Shown piece after piece: positions 1 to 13,216 of a stretch of 64,000 nt of DNA. The stretch is from Azolla caroliniana (taxonomy: Eukaryota; Plantae; Polypodiophyta), in the NCBI GenBank assembly GCA_043228905.1, contig JBHGNT010000007.1:18972001-19036000 (forward strand), in the 5' to 3' direction. Under the pieces are notes generated by a model that was not told the DNA's origin, searched no databases, and was given only the letters and a program-made list of their open reading frames with translations. The position numbers and the translations under genes are program-made. The number at the start of each line of letters is the position of its first letter. The stretch's first letter is position 1.

Positions 1-2972
1 AGAGTCGGAACCCGTTAATATTGTCCTGGATAACTTAACATGTGTAGTATCATTTAATATTATTAGTATTCCAGAACATCCCATAGTTTTAGGATTACCA
101 TGGTTCGAGTTACATGACCCAGACATAGATTGGAGGACAAGGGAAATCCGGTTGCGACAAACCCAAGGATCTACCCAGAAGGTTGCAACCATTTCGCTAC
201 GTCAGTTGCGTGAGGAAGGGCGCAAGGAGGAAATGTTTCTCTTTGCAATATCAGTACAACCCTCCAGCACCACCAAAGAGGAGTCCACCGTTCAACTTCC
301 CGAGAAGTATCGTCAGTATGCTGATGTGTTCGATAAAGTACAAGCCAACACACTTCCTCATCATCGGCCGTACGACTGCGCCATCGACTTACAACCGGGA
401 AAAGAGCCGCCATGGGGGCCGATCTACAATTTGTCACCAACCGAGCTAGAAGTCCTTCGAGCCTATATAGAGGAGAATTTGGAGAACGGTTTCATTCGGC
501 ATTCGAAATCTCCAGCCGGCGCACCCATTTTCTTCGTCAAGAAAAAAGATGGCTCGCTTCGACTCGTTGTAGATTACCGTGGCTTGAATAAGGTCACAGT
601 AAGAAATAGGTATGCTCTTCCCCTTATCTCAAGTCTTTTAGAACGGATCAACGGTGCCAGGTTCTTCACGAAGATCGACTTACGAGGAGCCTATAACCTC
701 GTACGGATCCGACCAGGAGATGAATGGAAGACCGCGTTTCGCACCAGATATGGGCACTTCGAGTATACGGTCATGCCGTTCGGACTCACTAATGCGCCGG
801 CAGTCTTCCAGCACATGGCGAATGATATATTTCGAGACCTCTTGGATGATTTTTTGATCATCTATTTGGATGATCTACTGGTTTATTCAAAGACCCAAGA
901 AGAACATGATTCTCATGTACTATTAGTACTAAAACGACTTCGAGAACATGGTCTGTATGCAAAGTTAGAGAAATGTAGTTTCGGGTGCAACCAAGTGGAG
1001 TTTCTCGGCTATGTCATCTCCTCAGAAGGCATATCTATGGACCCAGCCAAGGTCAAAACGGTGATAGAATGGCACACTCCGCGTTCGGTGCGGGATGTGC
1101 AATGCTTCCTAGGCTTTGCAAATTTCTACCGGAAGTTCATACAAAATTACATATCGTCCGGGGAAGCACCAAGGGAAGGCAGATGCATTATCACGGTGTT
1201 CGTATCTAACACCACGTCCCGGTGAGCCAGCTTTCGATAACCAGAAGCAAGTAATCTTGGGTCCAGCACGACTGCAAGCAGCACAGATCTTTGACATGCC
1301 CGTGGATTCCGACATTACCAATACTATACGTGAGGACTTGAAGACTGACGCTTTCGCCCAAGTTATACTAGCACAAATTGACCCCTCTCGAGCGTCATGT
1401 TCACAATCACAATCACCAGGTACGGATTATCGGCAATTCAAATACTGTGATGGATTACTCTTCTTTAAAGAACTTTTGTATGTTCCTAATGGTTCTTGCC
1501 GCCTTCGAGTAGTACAAATTGACCCCTCTCGAGCGTCATGTTCACAATCACAATCACCAGGTACGGATTATCGGCAATTCAAATACTGTGATGGATTACT
1601 CTTCTTTAAAGAACTTTTGTATGTTCCTAATGGTTCTTGCCGCCTTCGAGTAGTACAAACCTGCCATGACACATATACAGCAGGACATTTTGGTAGTACT
1701 AAAACATTAGATTTAGTACAACGATCATTCTGGTGGCCCCGTATGCGACAATTTGTCGAAGATTTTGTTCGGACTTGCGATACATGCTGCAGAGCGAAAA
1801 TGCCAAGACATCATCCATATGGTTTATTAGAACCATTACCAATTCCAAGCAAGCCATGGCAATCCATTGCTCTTGACTTCATTACAGATCTTCCAGTCTC
1901 TAAGGGATTCAGTGCGATTCTCACAGTGGTGGATCGATATACGAAGATGGCTCATTTCTTACCATGTACTAAAGAAATATCTAGTGAAGACACCGCCGAA
2001 ATTGTCATGCGGGAAGTATGTCGGCATCATGGACTCCCTGATAATATCATCAGCGATCGTGGACCCCAGTTTGTGTCAAAATTCTGGAAGCACCTTTTTA
2101 AAATGCTGAAGGTCACTTGTAACCTCTCCTCCGGCTACCACCCACAAACCGACGGTCAAGCCGAACGAACAAATCAAACACTGGAGCAGTATCTGCGGTG
2201 CTTTCTCAACTATCATCAGAATGACTGGGCAGATATTCTTCCGTTCGCCGAATTTGCCTATAATAACGCTATCCACGCATCGACTAAAGTCACGCCATTC
2301 TACGCTTATACGGGATATCATCCCCGGTGGTGTGTCCTTGAAACCCCAGAAGTGTCCACAAATCCTTACGCGGAGGATCGTTTGGAGCGGTTACGCAAGA
2401 TACAAGCGGATTTATCTACTCAACTCCAGCAAGCTCAACAATCACACAAGGACTACGCAGATCGTCATCGACTTCCATCCAGTTTTAACATTGGAGATCG
2501 GGTGTGGCTGCTACGACGACACATCAAGACTACTCGCCCATGTGAGAAGTTGGATTATCGACGATTAGGTCCTTTCCGTATTATCGGGAAGATTAATGAT
2601 GTCGCTTTTCGTCTCGAGCTACCTCCGCAACTTCGGATACACCCGGTGTTTCATAGTTCTCTCCTCGAACCCTATCATGAGAGCACTATCCCAGGACGTA
2701 CTATACAACCTCCACCTCCTATCGAGCTCGAAGATGGACCTGAGTATGAGGTCGCTGCCATCCTCGATTCCAAGATTGTTCGCAACAAGCTCTACTATCT
2801 AGTCGATTGGCTAGGATATAGTCCCAGCGAGCGTACTTGGGAACCGATCGAGAATGTGACCAATGCTCGTGCTCTTCTAGAAGACTTCCATCGACGATAT
2901 CCCGAGAAACCGGGTCCTCAATCCAAAACAACTCGTGAAACTCGTCGTTTTAAAGGGGGGATAGTGTCATAA
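1..2972 (+). pseudogene. chromovirus pol with frameshifting 464-bp deletion (end of RT and RNase H) and in-frame 141-bp tandem duplication
   Basis: ORFs 152-1225 and 1116-2972 compared with intact pol 26167-29706; deletion junction ~1142-1150; duplication 1373-1513/1514-1654. Confidence 0.92.
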
Positions 2973-3254
2973 CTAGACTCGAACCCATAACCTTTTGTTA
3001 CACGGGTCGAGACTTTACCATTAGGTTATAAGTTGTAATTTGAAGGATATTATTTTCATTTAGGTTTTATTAGGAAATTGATGTATATTCCAGATTTCTC
3101 TGGAACATTCTAGAAACTTCAGGAGTATTCCTGAAGACACTATAAAAGGAGGCGCAAGGCATTAGTTCGAACCAAATCGGTTCAACGCCAGTCTTAAGCC
3201 TTCTAACTACTGTTGTATATCTTCCGTCATATAATACATATATCTTTTGCATCA

Positions 3255-3304
<50 letters not shown>

Positions 3305-3437
3305 ACTCATTCCTTCTCTCAAAGTTCGACACCTCTCATAGTACTAATCCTTCTCTGTCTTAGTACTATTCCCCAACAATAGTACTAATCCTTCTTTTAG
3401 TACTAATTCCTTCTCTGCCTTAATAGAGTTCCTGACA
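2965..3437 (+). repeat. 3' LTR of chromovirus copy 1
   Basis: Starts TGTCAT directly after the PPT and ends CCTGACA; contains TATAAAA, (CT)n and TAGTACT repeats. Confidence 0.92.
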
Positions 3438-3983
3438 ACGGCGACCAGACGGATCCGGCGAGACGGCGACCCCTAAACTACATAGACGACGAGACAGCAA
3501 GCCAAGTTATTTCCTTAGAATATATATTTTTATAATTATACTTTTGCATGGAAATTCTCATACATGAGAGCTTAGATGATGACATGGCAAGCATGCATTA
3601 CGTGCATTTCTTGCACCCTCACATGCACCATATGGATAGGAGCATCTATAAAAAAGTGGATGGAAAGGAAAAACGGGGGAGGTATTAATCAAGCAAGCTT
3701 TGTACTTTATATCGAAATTAATATTAGGAAAATGAAATTGTTATCCAATTGATAATATATCTTGTTCCTCAAATCTAAAGTAAAGGGTTCAATCTTAAGC
3801 TCTCTCTCCATTTCAATGTTTCTCAATCTAAAGTCAAGCGTTTTATATTATCTCAATCTCTCTCTCTTTTAATCTATCTTAAATACTTTCTCACTAAAGC
3901 TAGTGCAAACTTCGAAACCTTTCGGTCTAGAACCCCGGCGGTTCCGCCTCACAATCCTCACGTAGTGATGGATCTTCACGACA
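3438..3983 (+). repeat. 3' part of an LTR of the TGTCG...CGACA Ty3 family, interrupted by chromovirus copy 1
   Basis: Aligns with 32270-32714 (GGAGCATCTATAAAA; CTAAAGCTAGTGCAAACTTCGA; GGATCTTCACGACA end). Confidence 0.75.
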
Positions 3984-5726
3984 CCGTTTCCCAACGAGAA
4001 AAATCAAAGTCGGAATCAACTCGATCTTATCCATTCGAATGTGTGGGGACCGACGACAGTCAATATTTTGTGTCCTTCATCGACGATTTCAGCCGACACA
4101 CCTGTATCTATTTGATCGAGAAAAAGAACCAAGTCTTCTTGTGCTTCCGGGACCTAAAGAGTCATGTCGAACAAGAAACTAGAAGAAAGATCAAGTGTCT
4201 AAGATCGGATGGCGGAAAAGAGTACTTTTCCGGCAAGTTCACAGGTTATTTGTAGGCAAAGGGAATTCGACGAGAACTCTCTTGTAGAGATACACACGGA
4301 GCAGAACGACGTGGCTGAAAGTCGGAATCGGATGTTGTTAGAAGCGGCGAGGATGATGCTAGAAGAGAAGTGCATGCCCCGGATTTATTGGGCTGAAGCG
4401 ATTCGAATAGCCGTTTACATACAGAATCGGATATCTACCTCAAGGACAATGGAGTCACCGCACAAACTGTATTTCGAGCGGCAGCCGAACTTGGCACACC
4501 TACCTGTATTCGGTAGCGTTGGATACGTGCATGTGCCGGATGAGAAGCGGAAGAAGCTGGATGCCAAGGCTGAGAAGTGTACCTTGGTTGGCTACTCTGA
4601 AGAGTAGAAGGGGTACAAATGTTACAACCCCCGATCGAAGCAAGTTCGCGTTAGCCGTGATGTTGATTTCGATGAATTGACGTCTTCGTATTTCTCACCA
4701 CCCGAACACGAGTTGATTTGCTACAGATGATGCAATACATTCCGGAACAAAGAGAAGTATAGTGAAATCCGAACTACAGGATAGTCTGACTTATCTCCAA
4801 ATGAGTGCACTAAATCTGGATTTGTTGAGCCAGAGCGGCCAACCGGATGACGAGCTGGCGAGTAGTGAACACTTAGTCGTGCTCTCCCCGCGCAAGGAAC
4901 CGAGGAGGCGGTTCACTCGAAAAGAGAAGGGAAAACAGAAGATGTCGGAACACGACTCCTACAAGGGAAAGTCGGATTGGAACGAATCCGACTTTTGAAA
5001 GAGCAAGGAACATCTACGTACGAGGGCGAAATCGGTCGAAACAACCACGAAATCCGCAAACTAGGGATTTACCGATCCACCGGCCAAAAGAATCTTGTGA
5101 TACGGTACAATTATAATGAGTATATGGCGCATATTATGCGTACATGGTGAAGGTGGCGGTCGTGTCTGAACCGGAGAGCTACGTAGAAGCACCCAAGGAT
5201 TCGAACTGACAGAAGGCCATGGAGGAAGAGATGCACGCGCTCATGGAAAATGACATGTGGGACTTGGTGGACGTACCGAAAGGAGTGGAGCCGATCAGTT
5301 ACCGATGGGTGTATAAAGTCAAATACAATGTTGATGGCTCCATTAACTGGTAGAAGGCCCGACTAGTGACAAAGGGCTACGCGCAGTAGCACGACATCGA
5401 CTACGATGAGACATTCGCGCCAGTCACGAAGATGAGGACAGTCCGTGTCTTGCTTGCGGTGGCAGCGGCGAAGGGGTGGTACTTACATCAAATGAATGTA
5501 AAGAATGCATTCCTACAAGGCGACCTTGAGGAACTAGTATACATGGTATAGCCCTCAGATTCCAGTCCGGACTGAACACGACGGTTGCTTGCCAACTGAA
5601 CAAGTCCCTATACGGACTAAAGTAGGATGGGGTTTGCATCATCAAAATTGGACTCTTCACTCTTCATCTGGCAAGGGCGGAACGGGCTGGTGAGCATTTT
5701 GCTCTATGTGGATGATCTTGTCATAG

Positions 5727-6346
5727 TCAGCGCTGACCTGGCAAAAATCGACCATGTCAAATCCGAACTCACAACATCGTTCAAAATGAAGGATCTTGGT
5801 TACCTTCATTACTTCCTTGGGATCGAAGTGATCCGCACCCCGAAAGGCATATTGCTCAGTCAACACCTGTATGTGTTGAGTATGCTCTTCAAATTAGGTA
5901 TGATAGAATGCAAGTCTGTCTTGACTCCTCTAGACCGAAATGTTAAGTTTCGCCAAGGGTCGGCATCAACATGCGACGCGACACAGTTCCAACAGATAGT
6001 CGGAAGCCTTATCTACTTGACGATCACTCGGCCGGATCGGCGCCGACCTGGCAGAAATCTACCGTGTCAAGTCCGAACTCACAACATCATTCAAAATGAA
6101 GAATCTCGGTTACCTTCATTACTTCCTCGGGATCGAAGTGATCTGCACCCCAGAAGGCATACTGCTCCGTCAACGCCCGTATGTGTTGAGTATGCTCTTC
6201 AAATTCGGTATGACAGAATGCAACTCCGTCTCGACTCCTCTAGACCGAAATGTTAAGCTTCACCAAGGGTCGGCATCAACATGCGACGCGACACGGTTCC
6301 GACAGATAGTCGGAAGCCTTATCTACTTGACGATCACTCGGCCGGA
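5727..6346 (+). repeat. 310-bp diverged tandem duplication within copia RT
   Basis: CGCTGACCTGGCA at 5731 recurs as CGCCGACCTGGCA at 6041; both copies end CGATCACTCGGCCGGA. Confidence 0.9.
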
Positions 6347-7878
6347 CCTCAGTTATACGGTCAGACTAATTACTCAATTTATGTCCCAACCAACTGTCGA
6401 ACATATTGAGTGTGCACATCAGATCATCCAATATGTCAACGGCACTAAAGGTAGGGCATTGTTGTATGAGACCAGTGTAGTCAGACAGCTTGTTGGCTAC
6501 ACGGATGCCGATTGGGCTAGGAATGTTGGCGACCGCAAGTCTACATCCGATTATGCGTTCTCACTTGGAAGCGTTGTGGTTGCATGGAGCAGTAAGAAGC
6601 AGCCGACAATAGCATTTTTGAGCATTGAGGCCGAATATGAAGGAGCGGTTGTTGCAACATGCGAAGCCATTTAGCTCAAACAGTTATTGAAGGATCTGCG
6701 AGTGGAGGTGTCTGATCCGGTCGTGATCTACAACGACAGCCTCATCAACATCCAGTTGGCAAAAAACCCCATCTTCCACACTCGGACTAAGCACATTGAG
6801 GTGCATTACCATTTTTTCTGTGAGCGCGTACTCTCTGGTGAAGTGGAACTTTTGCATGTTCCGACTGATCGACAACTTGTCGACATCTTCACCAAACCCT
6901 TCGGTATTAAGAAGTTGCGGCAATTTTCGTCCATGCTTGGTATGTAGCACCTCGATATGCCAAACTTGAGGGGGAGGAATGAAAGGAATTAAAGGGGAGG
7001 AGATGGCCAAGGTGAACTACGTAATCTAGTCGGAAAAGATAGAGCCGAAAAAGAAGATGTCCGAAAATCCGAATCGGAAGCCGATTTCAATTTTGGTTGG
7101 ACTGAAGAAGTCAGAATGTTCGGATTGGCTAAAGAAGCCGAGGACGAATGGACATGCGCAAGCAGATCGGCTAAGTGGAGACTAGTCAGACACAGGGGGA
7201 GTGACCACAAGAGAAAACCAAAACTGGAGCCAACAGAACCCAAGGGTGGAAGAGTCGAGAAAGGCGAGAGAAATGGTAAAGTTGAGAAGGACAAAGCCGA
7301 CCGATTGAAGGCCAAGAACAAAACGTGGGCAGATGTGGTCAAGGGTCAAAAAGAGGACGAATTGGAAACAGCTGATTCAGTCAAGAGTCGAAGTGAATCA
7401 GAAGCAGCCGATGCAATTGAAATGTTCGATTCGGAGGAGCCAAATAAATTGGCCAAGCGGATACTAAGGTAGCCGAAGCCGAAGCCGACACGAAGGAACC
7501 AACAGGTCGAGGGGCCCCAACACCGTGACAACGACAAAGCTTACTTGGGTTGAGGGAGTCGACAAGCCGACTGAGAAGGTCGAGGTGCACAAGACTGGAC
7601 AGGTCGAGGAGTGCAAGCAAGGCGCAAGGATTCTAGGAGAAGCCGACAACAAGGGTTGGCAAATACAGACACGACGATCTGACCTCAACTTGAGCTTGAG
7701 GGGGAGTGTTGAGAGGACAAACTCAACTTGATCCGGATCGGTATCTGGATCGAAGAACTGGATCGGTGTCCGGATCGGTATCCAGATCAAAGAGTGGGAT
7801 CATAATCCAAATTGGATTGTAACTGGTAGGCCGTTCGAGGCCTCCGACTCTAGCCTAGTACGTAGGCATATTTTTGGG

Positions 7879-8041
7879 AGTGTGTGTCTGCCACTTAGTA
7901 CAAGCATTAAAGTACTTGTTAGTACTTAGTTAGTCCTTTAAGGACTTGTATAAATAGTGTTGTTAAGCACATTGTATGTACAGAGTGTTATTATGTTTTT
8001 GAATATAGAAATTTTGTGTTCTGCTCTAACTCTGCCTCTCA
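7879..8041 (+). repeat. 163-bp direct repeat, left copy (right copy 13483-13645), flanking the Tork-like copia
   Basis: AGTGTGTGTCTGCC...TCTGCCTCTCA appears identical on both sides of the element. Confidence 0.93.
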
Positions 8042-8109
8042 TGTTGGGATTTCGGTCCCTCCGGATGGGATGTCCCCGGAGATAAATGACGGCAAGCCCA
8101 GTTGCGGTT

Positions 8110-8220
8110 ACGGAGCCGGATGATGAAGACCCCGGCTACGGAGCCGGATGATGAAGACCCCGGTTACGGAGCCGGATGCTGGAGACCCCGGTTACGGAGC
8201 CGGATGACGAATGTACCCGG
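8110..8220 (+). repeat. 28-bp tandem repeats in Tork LTR U3 (GGTTACGGAGCCGGATGATGAAGACCCC)
   Basis: Direct reading; the 3' LTR has one more unit, matching the 649 vs 677 bp length difference. Confidence 0.9.
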
Positions 8221-8391
8221 AGAGAGATCCGGATGCGGGGACATATTTGTGAATATGTTTGCCAAGAGCCCTTGAGGCTATATTTGTAAATAGCCCGAAA
8301 GTCATATGTGTATAAATATGACTTAGGGCAAACAGTTTATGTTGTTGCTCATTTTTATGTTTTCGGCCGAGAGAGAGATAAAAGTGAGTAG

Positions 8392-8424
<33 letters not shown>

Positions 8425-8693
8425 GAAGAGGTCGTTGCCTCTGTGTACTGCCGCCGCCTGTGGCGAAGACAGTGAGCTCAAGGTTGTTGCCTTGTAGCTT
8501 CACCATTGTACATCTCTGTCTATAGTGATAGTTGGAGTTTAAGGACTCCCGTGGTTTTTCCCCAGTTAGGGTTTTCCACGTAAAACATCCCGTGTACTCT
8601 TCTCTCTATTGTACTTCGTGCATTTTGTATTTCCTGTTTTCTGAGAGTTGATCCTATTCCTCGGTTGTGGCCGAGCACTCTTTTTCTACAAAG

Positions 8694-8705
8694 TGGTATC
8701 AGAGC
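8694..8705 (+). promoter_or_regulatory. PBS complementary to tRNA-iMet
   Basis: TGGTATCAGAGC, 3 nt after the 5' LTR end. Confidence 0.93.
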
Positions 8706-8721
8706 ACGGTTAACACAGAAA

Positions 8722-11700
8722 ATGGAAGGCGGCGGTAGTGGGCCTCCGGGCATGATGGTGTTGAACTCACATAACTACGCCGACTGGAAGATAAAGATGG
8801 AAGACCTTATCATCGTCTGAGACCTGTATGAACCGATCGACAATGCCGAGATACCCAAGGGGGTAATAGAGTCGGAGTGGAAGCTCTTGAACCGGAAAGC
8901 CATAGCAACGATCCGGCAATATGTCGATGTAAGCGTTCTACAACATGTGGCGAATGACACCAACGCATATGAGATGTGGAAGAAGTTGTCGGGCCTCTAC
9001 GAGAGGAAGAATGCGTTGAACCGGACCTCCCTGATGAGGAAGATAGTGAACCTCAAGTACCGGGACGGCGAGAATATGGTTGAACACGTGAGCACGTTCA
9101 TGGGATTCATGAACCAGCTTGCGGCGATCAAGTTCCCGTTGGAGGATGCAATGCAAGCCATCATTCTGATGTGTACGTTGCCGGAAAGCTGGGAGAACTT
9201 GGTGGTGACTCTCAACACCTCCTGCACAGAAGATAACTTGTCCCTACAAACTGTAAAGACAAGTATTTTGAACGAAGAAGCGCGTCGGAGAGATAAAGAA
9301 CCGGCCTCCGACTCGAAGGTGCTGCTTACCGAATCGGAACGGGGAAGACAATGGAACCGGAGTCCGCAAAGACGGGAGAAGTCGGGGACCCGGTCGCAGT
9401 CAAGAGGAAGACCCACATGCTTCCACTGTGGGAAGCCGGGGCACTTCCGGAAGAATTGTCGGCATTACCGAAAGGACAACGGAGCCGACGACACCGATTC
9501 GAAGAAGTCACCGGAGAGAAACGGTGCATACCGGGGAGCCACGGACCGGAGAGGTCCGGATCGGCGAGGGCAGGACCGGAAAGGAACGACGGCACTCGCG
9601 GCAAGTGAGGAAGAAATCATGCTCATCACCGAAGAAGGTGAACTAAACATTGCCGACGATGAGACGACCTGGGTGGTCGATTCCGGAGCATCGTTCCACC
9701 TGACCCCGGAGAGAAGATACTTCTCATCCTACACAGCCGGTGAGCATGGCTGTGTTCGGATGGGAAATGAAGGTACGTGCCGGATTGCCGGCATAGGAGA
9801 TGTGTGGTTGACAACCTCGACCGGATGCAAAATGCTGCTGAAGGATGTTCGACACGTTCCGGAGGTTCGATTGAACCTGATTTCGGCCGGGAGGCTAGAC
9901 GATGAAGGCTACACGGGTAGCATCCGGAACGGTGTCATGAAGTTCAGCAAAGGGAGCCTGATAGTGGCTCGGGCCCGGAAGATCAACACACTGTACCTGA
10001 TGAATTCTCGGCTATGTCCGGAGGAGCTGAACGTGGCAGCTGACACTGCCGGTGAGCTATGGCACAAGAGACTGTGCCACATGAGCGAGAAGGGGATGAA
10101 GAGGCTTGCCGAAGACAACCTGATACCGGTAAAGCATGTACACTTGGGGAAGTGTATCTACTGTCTGGCCGGTAAGCAAAACCGGGCCTCCTTCCACTCA
10201 AGGCCACCGACGAGACGTAGCGCACCATTGGAGTTGGTGCACACTGACGTGTGTCAGGTAGAAACGAAGTCACATGGCGGAGCCCAGTACTTTGTAACAT
10301 TCATAGATGACCATAGCCGGAAGCTGTGGACGGCACCGTTGAAGACAAAGGACCAAGTATTGTCCGTCTTCAAAGAGCTCCACGCGAGAGTGGAAAGGGA
10401 ATCCGGCAGGGAGCTGAAAGCGATACGAGCGGATAACGGAGGGGAATACCGGGGGCAGTTCGAGGAGTACTGTCGCTCGAAGGGAATCCGGCTCGAGTTT
10501 ACTGTGCCGAAGACGCCGGAACTGAACGGGCTGGCCGAGAGGATGAACCGGACCATAATGGAGAGGGTCCGGAGTATGCTGGCACATGCGGAATTACCCA
10601 AGGGGTTTTGGGCTGAGGCGATGTCGACGGCGACATACGTGATAAACAGATCACCCTCAGTGCCTTTGGACGGAGACACGCCGCAGAGAGTGTGGACCGG
10701 TAGGGAAGTATCCTACCGGCATCTGAAGGTGTTCGGGTGTCTCGCATATGTGCATGTGGCAAAGGACCGGAGAGGAAAGCTAGACCCAAAAACCCGGCCA
10801 TGCATATTCCTCGGTTACGGCGACGACGAGTTCGGCTACCGAGTATGGGACCCGGTCGACAAGAAGATATTCAGGAGTCGAGATATCATCTTCATGGAGG
10901 ACAAGACACTCGCCGACTGGGAGTCGGAGAAGAAGACGAAGAGCTCCAAGTCAACCGGTGAGGATCAACTCTACGAAGAGCAGTCCCGACCGGCAAGGGA
11001 CCGGTTAGCACTCGAGGATCCGGCCGAAGACGGTGAAGAAACAGAACCAGCCGAGGAAGATGTAACAGATACCGGAACCGGCCCCGATCCCGAAATGGAT
11101 TCGGATGAAGAGGAAACGGAGGAGCCGGTTACCGAAGCTCCGGAACGGAGATATCCTCTAAGAGAGAGAAGGGCCCCCCGGAGATTTCCGGAACCAGAGC
11201 ACGTGCTGCTAACCGACGAGGGGGAGCCGGAAAGTTTTGAAGAAGCAAAGCTTGACAACCATAGCCGCAGATGGTTAAGTGCCATGCAGGAGGAGATGGA
11301 TTCCATGCATGAGAACCACACATATGAACTTGTGGAGTTGCCGAAAGGTAAGCAGGCACTTCGAAACAAGTGGGTGTTCAAGCTGAAACCGGGAGATGCC
11401 GGAAACCCCCCGAGATACAAAGCCAGGATCGTAGTGAAGGGGTTCCAGCAGAAGAAGGGCGTCGACTTCGACGAGATATTTGCCCCGGTAGTGAAGATGA
11501 CCTCCATCCGGACGGTGCTGAGCATAGCGGCAAGCATGGACCTCGAGGTAGAACAGATGGACGTGAAGACGGCATTCCTTCACGGTGACCTCGAAGAAGA
11601 GATCTACATGCAGCAACCGGAAGGATTCGAGAAGAAAGGGAAGGAGCACCTGGTATGCCGGTTGAAGAAGAGCCTTTACGGACTGAAGCAGGCTCCCCGG

Positions 11701-12795
11701 CAATGGTACCGGAAGTTCGACTCCTTCATGACCGACGAAGGGTACCACAAAACGCAGTCCGATCACTGCGTGTTTGTGAAGAAGTTCGAAGGAGGAGACT
11801 CTCTAATACTCCTCCTGTACGTGGACGACATGTTGATCGTCGGACGGGACCAGGGCAAGATACGGATGCTGAAGAAAGCACTTCACCGAACCTTCTCAAT
11901 GAAGGACCTAGGTCCGGCGAGGCAAATACTAGGGATGCACATCATCCGAGACCGGAAGAAGAAGCAGTTGTGGCTGTCACAGGAGAAGTACGTAACAAAG
12001 GTGCTTCACCGGTTCAACATGTCGGAAGCAAGACCGGTCGGATCAACCCTCCCGGCAAACTGCAAGCTGTCCAGCAAGCAAAGCCCCAAGACAAAGGCTG
12101 AGAAAGAGGACATGATGAAAGTACCATATGCCTCTGCCGTCGGAAGCTTGATGTACGCAATGGTGTGTACAAGACCGGACATAGGATATGCAGTCGGAGT
12201 GGTGAGCCGGTACATGAGCAATCCCGGCAAAGAACACTGGAACGCGGTCAAGTGGATACTGCGATACCTGAAGGGCACGGCAAACGTATGCCTCCGATTC
12301 GGCTCCGGTAAGCCCGAACTCGACGGCTTTACCGATTCGGATATGTCGGCTGATGCAGATACCAGCCGGTCCACATCAGGGTATGTGATGACGTATGCAG
12401 GGGGAGCTGTTTCGTGGCAGTCGAGGCTGCAGAAGACGGTTGCGTTGTCAACCACGGAGGCGGAGTACATGGCGGCTGTTGAAGTCGGCAAGGAAATGAT
12501 ATGGATGAAGGACTTCATTAGAGAGCTCGGTATCCGGCAGGAGGAGTACCGACTCTACTGTGACAGTCAGAGTGCCATCCACCTTGCGAAGAACGCGGCC
12601 TATCACTCCCAGACGAAGCACATCCAGCGAAGATATCACTGGATCCGGGAAAGGATAGAAGACCAGGAGTTCGTGCTGACGAAGATCCACACGGACGAGA
12701 ACGGCTCAGATATGCTGACCAAAGTGCTCACACCCGACAAGTTGGAAGCATGCCGGAAGAGGATTGGATTGGAGAGACATCCCATGCCGAAGTGA
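8722..12795 (+). pseudogene. copia Gag-Pol polyprotein, intact except one in-frame TGA at 8818-8820
   Basis: ATG 8722 is in frame with the 1302-aa ORF; CCHC knuckle, protease (VDSGAS), GAG-pre-integrase, integrase, RT (YVDD), RNase H. Confidence 0.93.
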
Positions 12796-13183
12796 AGGGG
12801 GAGTTTGTTGGGATTTCGGTCCCTCCGGATGGGATGTCCCCGGAGATAAATGACGGCAAGCCCGGTTGCGGTTACGGAGCCGGATGATGAAGACCCCGGC
12901 TACGGAGCCGGATGATGAAGACCCCGGTTACGGAGCCGGATGATGAAGACCCCGGTTACGGAGCCGGATGCTGGAGACCCCGGTTACGGAGCCGGATGAC
13001 GAATGTACCCGGAGAGAGATCCGGATGCGGGGACATATTTGTGAATATGTTTGCCAAGAGCCCTTGAGGCTATATTTGTAAATAGCCCGAAAGTCATATG
13101 TGTATAAATATGACTTAGGGCAAACAGTTTATGTTGTTGCTCATTTTTATGTTTTCAGCCGAGAGAGAGATAAAAGTGAGTAG

Positions 13184-13216
<33 letters not shown>

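Larger units (their letters stand above)
1..3437 (+). mobile_element. Ty3/gypsy chromovirus (Tcn1-like) copy 1, 5' part outside window, defective
   Basis: Protease end, RT (YLDD), integrase (HHCC, GPY/F) and chromodomain ([11 protein letters not shown]...YLVDWLGY...TWEP); PPT AAAGGGGGGATAG; 3' LTR TGTCA...TGACA. Near-identical to 24483-30139. Confidence 0.95.

Noticed and set aside
8110-8220. CRISPR-like arrays in the 28-bp, 23-bp and 122-bp repeats
   Set aside because: Head-to-tail repeats without unique spacers, inside eukaryotic transposons, with no cas genes.
8938-12690. Many antisense and alternative-frame ORFs over the Tork polyprotein
   Set aside because: Expected shadow ORFs of GC-rich coding sequence; no recognisable motifs.
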